NCBI RefSeq assembly: GCF_025526975.1 | Contig: NW_026515681.1 | Coordinates: 124,001-188,000 of the forward strand | DNA length: 64,000 bases | Source of the DNA: Fimicolochytrium jonesii | Lineage: Eukaryota | Direction: 5' to 3' | Part shown: positions 52,111-61,692 of the stretch, one piece after another | Numbering within the stretch: the stretch's first letter is position 1 | How the letters are laid out: each line of letters begins with the position of its first letter | Notes under the pieces: model-generated | Told to the model about the DNA's origin: nothing | The model's database searches: none | What the model saw: the letters and a program-made list of their open reading frames with translations, nothing else | Program-made: the position numbers and the translations under genes

Positions 52111-53164
52111 TCAAGGCAAATCAACAGAAGCCTTATCTTTGAACTTCTTCGCGGCGCGCTCGCCCGGCCGGGTGCGGAACTGGTTGCCGTAAAGCGTGTA
52201 GATTTTCGCCGCCGTCACCTTCTCCATCGCCGTCGTCTTCTCCGCCGTCGTCCTTGATGATATCGTCATGGCGGGTGTAGTAGTAAACGTAAACACCGTA
52301 TTCCGCTTCGGTATCACTTCAAAAGTTGCCCACGTCAATAAAAAAGAATGCAATGCTAAATAAACACCCGCAACCACACACACAGGCACCCCGCCATACC
52401 TTTAACGCCCCCGCCCCGCCCCACCAAAGTAAACATATTCTCCGTCTCCTTCACCACCACCCCACACAGCCCCACCAAACTCGGACACTTGGCCTTGACC
52501 ACCGTGAACACCGCGCCATGGTAATCCGCACGTAACAATCTCGGCAGGACATTCTGCGGGGCCGTTTCTGTTCCCAGCAGTTCCGTCATGTAGGATGTCC
52601 AGAGGGCGTGGAGGGGGAGGAAGGATTCGAACGTATATGCCTTGTCCGAGGATGATTTGAGAGAGAACCAGCCCGTGGCTTTTTTTTCCTTGGAGGTCAT
52701 GCATTTGGTTTTTCGGCGGGCTTTCTGGAGGGCGAGACGGTCCTTGCGGGCGGTGCGCAGAGCGTCTGGGGCGGGGTTGTTGGCTACGACGAGGGTTTTG
52801 TTGTGGAGTTTGGATGTGTATGTGCGGGTAGGGTTGGTCGTGGGGGGGAGGATGTGGGAGATGAGGGTTTGAGTGAAGGTTCCTGGTGTGGTGGTTGCGG
52901 GGATAGGGTCGGGATCGGTGGTAGATTGGGAGGAGGCGAGGAGGGAGGCGGGAAGGGGGTCATAGAGGGGCCCTGTGGCGTCCGGGTTGGGTGGGGGTGG
53001 GGTTGGGATGGGTGCTGGGAGAGATGGGGGGGTGAGTACACTTTTTGATGGGATGGAGGAGAGTTGTTTGAGTATGATATGTAAATACCTGCATTATGCT
53101 CCTTTTTCGGCCTCTTCTCATGCGGCTTGTTGCCTGCCGGCGGTGCTTTGCGTTTCGGTGGCAT
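52111..53164 (-). CDS. POP4: RNase P/MRP subunit Pop4/Rpp29 (multi-exon)
   Basis: FLPLHALWTSYM, LLRADYHGAVFTVVKAKCPSLVGLCGVVVKETENMF, VIPKRNTVF, LYGNQFRTRPGERAAKKFK. Confidence 0.9.
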
Positions 53165-53257
53165 ATCGTCTCAGTAGTACAGTACACACCGATGTTTTTG
53201 TTCCTTTCCTCAAAGTCCCACTCGTTCGTCCCTCAGGTCGTCGGTGGCGGTGGCTGT

Positions 53258-53554
53258 TCACGGCTTGCCTGGCCCTTCAGCAACCTCTTTCCCTGCCTCC
53301 GCCTTCCCACTCCCCTGCTTCTTCTCAGCCGCCCTCCTCGCTTTATTAGCAGCAATAGCCGCGCCAATCCCCGGCCCCTCAGGCGTTCCCGGTCTACGAA
53401 TGGGCGCCCCGGATCCCTTCTCCAGTATCTCCTGACGACGACGTTTGATCTCCTCGGTGTTGGTCGTCGGGTAGGCGACGGTGAAGATGGCGAGCGAGGC
53501 GGTGCTGAGGATGAGGCCGAGGGTTATGCGTTGCTTGGTGCGGTTTGTTAACAT
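53258..53554 (-). CDS. Small hypothetical protein with a single N-terminal TM segment
   Basis: 98-aa ATG ORF; hydrophobic ITLGLILSTASLAIFTVAY followed by a charged helix. Confidence 0.5.
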   Translation of the reverse strand: MLTNRTKQRITLGLILSTASLAIFTVAYPTTNTEEIKRRRQEILEKGSGAPIRRPGTPEGPGIGAAIAANKARRAAEKKQGSGKAEAGKEVAEGPGKP

Positions 53555-53976
53555 GGCATGTCTCGCCCCGTTTTGACCGACCCCGACCCGCTGGTAATTG
53601 GGGGGGCACGGTGCGGGACGATGGCAGGTGGAGAGGAGGTTGAGGGAGGGATGCTGCGACGAAGTTTATACCGCTGTCGGTTTGCGTCCGCTGAGGTGGA
53701 GGCTGTAGAAGCGGGGGTTGACCTTGTGAAAACGTGGGGAAAAAGGGCGAGGTGTTTGTCGCGCGGGAACAGGTCTCCAAAGGTTCCAAAGGTCCTCCCA
53801 ACGATCGCAGCAAACCCCCATCTTGCACGTTCTGCAGGCATACGCTCGCAGTACACATACAGTAACACTATCCACCCCCCAACCCCCTCCGCACTTGCGC
53901 CTCCGATAACTCCCCACGTTCCCACACTCCCCATCCGCCCCCGACCTTCAAGCCACGTCTCTCTCTACTCACCAGA

Positions 53977-55796
53977 ATGAGCGCCCCAGCTCGCAAACGA
54001 GCCCGCATAGAATCAGACGACGAAGGGGAGAACAGTCGGAAAGCAGACGATTCGCTTGATATCTTCAATGTCTTCGACAGCGACGATGATGACGGCGATG
54101 ATGGTGGTGATCATGGTCGCGACGCCAGCACGTCGAAACAGGAGCAGAACGCGCGACCGCGGGGTATAGCGGACGACGATGATGACGACGAGGGCTCGGG
54201 GGAGGAGCTGGATCGCGCCGGGGAGGTGGAGGTGGAGGACGGGCGAGGGGGAGAGCGGGAGAAGGAGCCGCCGCGGAGTACGAATGGGAGTGAGAGCGGG
54301 ACGTCGTCACCACCGCAGCCACCACCACAACCAAAACCGTTCAGCGGCCGCTCGTCCAGCCCGATACCGTTCAACCCTGGAGCGGGTGGTGTTGACACCA
54401 CGAAGGTTGTGCCGTCACAAGTCAGGGAGTTCAACCCAAAGGCGTTCGACGGGTCAGGGCGGGGGGTGGTGGCGACCCACAACAACGCTGCGCCGACTTC
54501 CAGACCGGTGCAGCAGCCACAGGGACGGCCACCACAACCGCCACCATCGGTGTTCAGACTGGAACCCTCTCTGTTCGGGAAGAGACCGGAGGACGACACG
54601 GTGTTGCAGGTGTGCGACTTCTTGTGGCGGAATCTGATTGCGGGAAGGCAGGATGGGGCCATTATTGAGGTATATCGTAGGGGTTTATCGAGCCAGTTTG
54701 GAGACATGTGGCGGATACTGAAGCGTTTTGGGCGCTTGGTGGTGGCAGATTGAGGGGAAACTGGGCCTGATAATAGATAAAGCGACGAATCGGAGGATAC
54801 AGCTGCCTGTACGATCTGAGACTGGTGAGTGAAATGGTGGCCACTAGCTACACTGACTGCACGTAGTAGTCGCCCGTTCAGCAAAACTGACATCACCCTC
54901 GCAATCAACAAAGTGATCTCAAACGAATCAGGCCAATACGTCTTCGACTCCGACATGACACTGGTAAAAAAAAAATCGCCAAATCCCATCTGACTCCTCT
55001 ACCCTAACACCGGTTCCCATTTGTCTGCCCCAATCTCTAGTCACAACATGGCAACTTCAACAAACTCCTCAACTTCTACGTCGAGCAGGGCCAGGGCCGT
55101 CGCGTGCAGTACGCACATACGAAGATCATGGACGAGGTGTACGAGAGCCGCGGGAACAAGGTGCGGGTTTCGACTGACCAGAAAACAAAACAGGTGGGTT
55201 TCATAATCACGCCCCATCTCCCCTACCCCATCAGACCGTCCCCCCAATGTCTCACTCACCTCACCCCCCTCCGATACGTCCCCAATTCAGATTATCGAAT
55301 GCGTCACCAAACGCCGCCTGGCCAACCTCGAAATCCACCTCCCCAACTCGCACCTCGACATCCGCATCACCGTCTCGCTCGAGATCCCCGCCGACCCCTC
55401 CCTGCTCCGTGACCAGATGCGCGACCGCGACCCGCAGCTCCGCCGCGCGAAGGATCGGTTGAGCTATACGCATGAGGCTATTAGGGTCGATTTGACGCAG
55501 GTTGTCAGGGTTGATGTACGTGTAACCTATGTGCCTCTTTGATTCTGACGTGGGGTGGGGTTCGATGGGCAAAGGGTGACAATTTTGAATGTGGGGTTGT
55601 GATTTTTTAGCCATACGGCCGCGAAGAATCGCGCACGCACGAAGTCGAAGTCGAGTTCCTCAACTCGGCACATTTACTGGAAGAAAAGACGAAACGGCAT
55701 GCCGGCCAGCCGGACAATTTCAACGCGTACGTGTCGGTGTTTATGAATAATTTGAGGGGGCTTTGTCGGAAGGCTATCTCGCATGAGTTGCGGTGA
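53977..55796 (+). CDS. CET1: mRNA-capping RNA 5'-triphosphatase, Cet1/CYTH family (multi-exon)
   Basis: IIE|IEGKLG, KVRVSTD, TKRRLANLEIHLPNSHLDIRITVSLE, RRAKDRLSY, RVDLTQV, THEVEVEF; acidic disordered N-terminus. Confidence 0.9.
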
Positions 55797-55871
55797 GGAT
55801 GATGGTCCGGTGGGTATACATAGAGAGAGGGACCCCCGCCGTTTCTTCGATCATGTGTTGATACTCTTTCT

Positions 55872-55986
55872 ACGTGTTGATCGCACTGAGCTACAAGTTG
55901 CCATCATCGGCGATGCCTCCGGCAGAGGTACAATGATGTGGATGGCAGATAACCACCATGGAAAATGGGATGGGGTGAAATCTAGA
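55872..55986 (-). ncRNA. Putative omegaRNA of copy B (scaffold plus flank-derived guide starting CTCAGTGCGATCAACACG)
   Basis: Conserved, foldable 3' terminal ~96 nt; position matches TnpB/Fanzor omegaRNA architecture; boundaries inferred. Confidence 0.6.
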
Positions 55987-58900
55987 CTACCGGTTACGGG
56001 AGAATGCATGTGGTCTGCGGCCATCGCCAAACACCACCGAACGCACAATCGAGAGGAAATTCTTGGTGCTTAGGACATCCCGATTGTGCACTTTCATCCG
56101 TAGTCGTAGTGGTCGTCGTCTTCCAGGAATCTCAAATGGCGTCCAGTCTTGGTTGATACATTCGGGGTTGGGGCAACCCACCAATCCATGGACGTATTCC
56201 ATTCTTCCCGTTCTAGCTTGCCACGGCCGAGGTGATAGCCGTCGTCGGATGTTTTTCTTCACACGACCGTGGCAGTTGGGGCACACGGACGACGTTCGAT
56301 ACTCATCTAGCAAGTAACATGGAATGCTGTTTCTTGCAAAGAGTGTGCGGAATCTAATTGCCATGATGAGTTAGCATATTATAGTACATAAAAAACGATG
56401 ATGGTCACTCACCCCTTGGTCTTTGATGACTCCTGAAAGCGCATTGTTTTCCCAGCATCGCTCCAATCACCCAAGATGACCGAAAAATGCTTTCCATACC
56501 GGCGTCGCATGTTCTTGATGAGCTTGCTCTCAGACTTTTGCCGCAGTGAGAACGCCTTGAATCTGCAAGCGACGTGAATCTCATCCCGGTAAAACTCATC
56601 CAGGGCGGGATCTGGGATATGGATGGATGTCAGCCCATGTATTACTAAATTTGAAGATCAAAATTGAAGTAGAACATCATACCCGCATGTACGTGATCCA
56701 CAATGAACGCTGAGAACGCCTCGATGTTCATGCTCTTGTGCGACGGAATATGTGATTCCATCTCAGCAATGCCGGCATTGATCTTTCGCTCCGTCATGTC
56801 TCTCCGAAAGTACCGAGACTTTGTCTCGACCGCCCGTTGATTGGATGTGTATCTGATATGGGTGGTGCATTGTGAGATTACTACTGCCCTGCTGTCCCCG
56901 CTATCCCCGCTATCCCGGCTATCCCCGCTGTCGCCGCTATCCCTGCTGTCGCCGCTACCGCCATCCCCGCCATCCCCGCTGTCGCCGCTGTCGCCGCTGT
57001 CCCTGCTGTCCCCGCCATCCCCGCCATTCCCGCTACCGCCATCCCCGCCATCCCCGCTGTCGCCGCTGTCGCCGCTACCGACATCCCCGCCATCCCCGCT
57101 ACCGCCATCCCCGCCATCCCCGCTGTCGCCGCTGTCGCCGCTGTCCCCATCCGTGCCCTCCTCAACCCTCCCCGTCCCCGTCCCCACGATGTCCCCACGA
57201 TTCCCCACGATGTCCCCACAATCCCCTTCGTTGGACATTCCGCAATCAGCTGAAACGTACCTAAATGGCCGCTCCTTCTTGATGTCTCGACAGAACAAGA
57301 GGTCACGCTTGCCCGGATCAATGCTGACGATGTTTGGAGCCTCCCTTAGTTCGGCGATGTGGTGCTCAAAATACAGCTGTTTGACTTCTTCCCGCATTTG
57401 GGCCTTGCTGCGCTTGCGCGCCCGATAGCCATACTTGAGCCCTGGCTTCTTGAAGTGGATGGTAACGGAATACCCGTTTGTGCTGGATGACCCATCGAAC
57501 TTGAGACCAAGCTTCTTTCGATGCTTGAAGACCTTGTCCTGCAATCCATCATTCAGCGAGGTGATTGAAATAAAGGATACAGACTTAACTCACATTCACA
57601 TTGAGAAACTGCCCCCACGGCTCCTGCTTGCGTTGATCGGTGAGTTTCCCCATGCGACGGCGGCCCAAGGCCAGGATATGAATGGCTAGGATCGTCGTGT
57701 CGATCCGAACAGATGACTGGATTCGAGATTTGCGCAGCGGGATAGCGGAAAACAGCCGCATTCCACGGCGCTCATAGAGGCGTGAGAGCTCACAATAGGC
57801 ACCTGTGATGAGGCGAGGCAGGTGCGGACCATGATTAGACAAAAGAGGAAGCAGGGGGGGAGGGGGGGGGTTCCGCTTCCTGTCGGCCGGGGGGGGGACC
57901 ACGTCGGCCCGGGTCCCGGCGCGCAGCCATTTGGCCAGGTCGGTGTACCAAGCAAGGCGCTCGCTCGCGTCGCTTCGCAGCCACGCACAAGCTGGAGGGG
58001 GGGGGGGGGGGGTTTGGGGGGGTTCGCTTCCTGTCGGCCGGGGGTGGGACCACGTCGGCCCGGGTCCCGGCGCGCAGCCATTTGGCCAGGTCGGTGTACC
58101 AAGGAAGGCCCTCGCTCGCGTCGCTTCGCAGCCACGCACAAGCTGGAGGGGGGGGGGGGGGGGGGATAAATATACAGGATGCAACTCACCTAAATATGGC
58201 ATTGCGACCACCGCAAGGCTGTACGCAAGGGGCTCATCCTGGGGAGGAAACAGAGCCCATAACTCGTCAAGGAGAGTCCGCTCAAGTCGCGTGAGGCGGC
58301 CAAACTCCTCTTCGGTTGGGTACTCTTCAAATGTCGCATACTTTGTGAATTGATGGACACGCCGATAATACTGTTGGCGCTGCGCTCGGCTAACTCCGGC
58401 TCTCCGAAGATGCAGTACGACTTGCTTCAAACCAAGCCTTTCATTGACGTAGCGCAGAAACATTTGCATGAAATGCTCTTGTAGGTTGACTTTGAGGTTT
58501 GTGAAGATGCTCGTTGCCGTGTATGCTGCGGTCTGTTGGCAATTTCGCATGCGGATGAGGTCGAATCCGTGAACATTACAGTACTCTTGAACCCGTGGAC
58601 GCAACTCTTGCGCGATGACCGGATTGCCGTTGTAGCCTGGATTGTTTAGCAGCTCAAATATCACACTGATGTGCTTGTCAGTGATGTCCGGGAAATCGTG
58701 TAGAGGATGATCAGCTGTGGCGGGCAGACGTGGCAGTCAGGACATTGTTTTATGGGAAATATACAGTGCACCTCAAAAACTCACCAAGGTAGTACTTGAG
58801 AAAGAAGGTGGTGTGGCGCGCAAGGACGTGAACGTTGCCGATGAATGTTGTCAGGCGCTCCCTTTGAGCTTGATTTTGATTATGGATGATTCGGTGAAGC

Positions 58901-59310
58901 GAAGCCTTGGTGCTTGCATGTGTCTGCCGGGGTCGTTGAGCGGGTGGTGGTGGCGGGGGTTCAAGCACCAGGGATCCACCCGGTGTGCTGGGAAAAAGGA
59001 AAGGGATGGGAGCGGGGAGGTTCAACGGACGCTGCAGACCTCTGTCCACTGGTGAAAGCCCTTGCTGCTGGTGCTGCTGCCCATCTTCATCGCCGGAACT
59101 CTCGCCAACCATGTCTGCAATTGCTTGGGGCAAGTGACGTTGGACAGAAGGTGGGAGCTCAAATCGCGGGGGTTGCAATGGTGTGGCTGGCAGACGTATG
59201 GGCAATCGCGGGGTAACCGGAGCAACCTTCCTCCTCTTCCGCCGTGGTGTGGTTGCTCCAGTAAAGATGCCACACCACAGGTGCCCCTGGAGCGCCTGGT
59301 GTGATGGCAT
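55987..59310 (-). CDS. Fanzor1 RNA-guided endonuclease (TnpB-like), 757 aa, 7 coding exons
   Basis: Exons 59310-58785, 58714-58190, 57802-57594, 57538-57261, 56852-56683, 56611-56413, 56353-55987 total 2274 nt with consistent phases. RuvC-I VSIDPGKRDLL, VILGDWS, LLDEYRTSSVCPNC, Zn CPNPEC, RuvC-III HNRDVLSTKNF, terminal RPHAFSR; NLS-like PRRKRRK. Confidence 0.9.
56891..57150. repeat. 9-bp-period minisatellite inside Fanzor copy B intron 4
   Basis: Variants of GCTGTCCCC/GCTGTCGCC/GCCATCCCC; copy A has a 21-bp repeat (GGCGGAGACGGGGGGCTGGCG) in the equivalent intron (30824-31052). Confidence 0.9.
57871..58148 (-). repeat. Twin ~127-bp structured repeat units in Fanzor copy B intron 2
   Basis: Units 57871-57997 and 58023-58148 separated by a C-tract. 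Confidence 0.9.
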
Positions 59311-60513
59311 GATGGCTGTGCTGTGCCGAGACAGGTGATGCAGGTGATTGCCATGATAGCTGTGTGTCAAAGAACTCGCGTCAGTGCTGTGGTAATGAAG
59401 CTGAGAACGGTGAGGAATTGCGGTTGTTACCTGGCGGCGGTTGAAGGTGAAAACGGGGATGCTTACTGCTCACAATTGCGTTGGGAAGGAAGGGGGTTGG
59501 GAAGGAGGGTTGGTATGTAATTGGGGGCCATGATGAGGTGCAATCAAGAGCGTGAGGAGCGCAAAGAGTGAGGAAGAGTAGAGTGAGGATCCCCAGGTTT
59601 TTTACACGCGTGTAAAGGATGTGGGGTAGCCTCCAGGCCAGCTAGCTGGGCAGCTAGGGTAGCTTCTGAGGTTGATTTTGGCTTGTCCACTGCTGATTGC
59701 AGCACCTCCAAGACCACACTCTCCTCCTCTCACACGAAACGTCAAGCGCTCGCAGCGGACGACAGCCCCCTCACCCCCCTGGCCAACGCCCGCCCCCTTC
59801 CAGCTCAAGCCCGGCAACTCACGCAGAGCACTCTCTGAGCACGCTCAGCGCTGACGAGGTGAGTGGCTGCTGTGCTGCCTGGGCGCGCTTGCTTTATGCC
59901 GATCTCGCGGCCCATGTTGAGCACGACCGCTCTTGACTCCCGCAATTGCTTGAGGTGCAGCCTGGATTTGGGCACTCGCGCTGGCCCCATTCTACCAACC
60001 CACTCCCACTCCCATGCCCACGCTACCTGCTATCTATTTCACCCCAACTAACTCACGTACACTCCATTCCCCAGACAAATCACCATGAGAGTGTCAAAGC
60101 CGCGGCGACGTTCCAAGAGCCGGCGCCTACACAGAGAATAGACGGGGCACGGTCCCCAGGCACTTTCCGGTTTGACGTGCGGGGGACGAATTTCTCCCCA
60201 AAATCCATTGAGGGCTGACTAGTACAGCGTGGGGCGAAAATCGTTCCCCTGACGGCGTCGCGGAGAATAGACGGAAGCACCCTTACGCCCTTCACGCTCG
60301 CCCTTACAGCTTCACGCTCTCAGCGCCGTGGTTTACCATTTGGTACGGCTGGTACGTAGGGGGGTAGGCACTACTACCAACATCATACGCTTCCTACTTC
60401 CACCGTGATCGTGAATTGTAACGTGTGATTGTAAAATCTACGCCGCTCCTAGTACGCGCTACTATATATATAAACACCGCTACTGTCTACATACAATGTG
60501 ATGCGACGCGATC

Positions 60514-61160
60514 CTAGTGGTACTCCAACTTCATCATCTCCTCCGTCTTCATCTCGGCATTCACCTCCAGCTTCATCTTCTTCCGGCCCTTCCTTTCCTT
60601 ATCCGCCAACCACTTCTTGCCCTCCTTCTTCTGCAACTCCACCTCCTCATCGTCCATCTTTATATGATGACCATTCCCTTTGCACATGGGGGGCAGGTGA
60701 GGCCAGCGACTGCTAACCATCTCCGCAGCGAGCTTTCCGTCCAACTCCCGGTTGTTGTGAAAGTTCTTGGAACCTTCCAACCCAAGCTCAAACACCTTTT
60801 GATGAGTAAACTGCAAGAATGCATACCGTGTGTCGGCGGGGTCTGAAGCCCACGTCTCCACAAAGTGTTCCAGAGCCTGACTGCGAATGAGCAAAATATC
60901 TCCGGGGCGGTAAGGCAGCATGATACCGAGATCGGGAAGGCAAAATCTTCCACCTTTCGTAAAGGTCCCAAAGCAGCACATCGGTGCCCAGCCGTAAGGG
61001 ATGTCGCGTTTATTGTGATGAGGTGCAATTTGGTGGTTGGCTACCAGAACATTCATGGCATTGACTCAGGGGGCCCTAGTACCAGCCCAGAAGTGCTTCA
61101 AATCCTGCCTGAGGTGGGTCATCGATTGAGTGAGACGGTAATGGGCAATGGGGTCGGTGA
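60514..61160 (-). pseudogene. TET/JBP-like 2OG-Fe(II) dioxygenase, C-terminal part, decayed
   Basis: PHHNKRD..GWAPMCCFGTFTKGGRFCLPDLG..YRPGDILLIRSQALEHFVETW..TRYAFLQFTH; HxD reads HHN, in-frame TGA just upstream of 61056, truncated by an LTR. Confidence 0.7.
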
Positions 61161-61692
61161 TGTTATGATCTCAACGACGGGGGCGGAAGCGAAGTAGAGA
61201 AGACAGGGCGAGTGTGATAGGCGACAAGAGATTGTATTGGCGAAACAAGAAACAAGGACTAGAACAGGAGATGAGAAGAACTGGTGTTGATCTGCTGGGG
61301 AGGAAGGGAATGGACGAAGAGAGGCCGGCTATTTATAGATAGGCAACCCAGCAGATCAGAGAACAACAACAACAAGAGGGGACTGGGGGGCGCCAGCTAT
61401 GCTCCTAGAGCGTGCGTGGCGAGCGTAGAGAGCATTGCTACAGCTGCTGGCTATGGGGAAGCAGTGGGGGGTGTGGAGAAGCCGAGGGGGGATTGGCAAA
61501 ATGAGAGGAGAGAGGAGGAGTGGCGATATTGCAAGAGGATTGGCGAAATGAGAGGAGAGAGGGGGAGTGGTATTGACATTGACACTGACATTGACACTGA
61601 CATTGACATTGACATTGGCGTTTGACATTTGGCGGTTGACATTGGCGGCTGTCAGTAGGTAAGCTTATCGTATGGGCGCGTCGTCCATAACA
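61161..61692 (-). repeat. 3' LTR (532 bp) of the Ty3/Gypsy element
   Basis: TGTTATG...CATAACA ends, preceded on the minus strand by a polypurine tract (AAAGAGAGGGG); internal TATAAATA. Confidence 0.9.

Larger units (their letters stand above)
55891..59469 (-). mobile_element. Fanzor1-encoding element, copy B (apparently intact; no transposase, no TIRs)
   Basis: Boundaries defined by comparison with copy A; the outermost 3-4 nt at the 5' end (GCA/GCAG) may be target site rather than element. Confidence 0.9.

Noticed and set aside
57871..58148. HDV-like or hammerhead ribozyme in the intron units (GGCCGACGTGGTCCC resembles the HDV ribozyme 5' end)
   Set aside because: Could not build the P1/P2/P3 nested pseudoknot, and there is no CUGAnGA/GAAA core.
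59022..59354. Cys/His-rich 110-aa ORF overlapping the Fanzor N-terminus
   Set aside because: A-vs-B substitutions are mostly synonymous in the Fanzor frame, not this one, and its ATG is ACG in copy A.
55891..59469. Canonical Helitron or TIR transposon as the Fanzor carrier
   Set aside because: No 5'-TC/CTRR-3' ends in an AT site, no TIRs, no Rep/helicase or DDE ORF.
61572..61625. GACATT/GACACT hexamer repeat
   Set aside because: Ordinary U3 repeat within the LTR.
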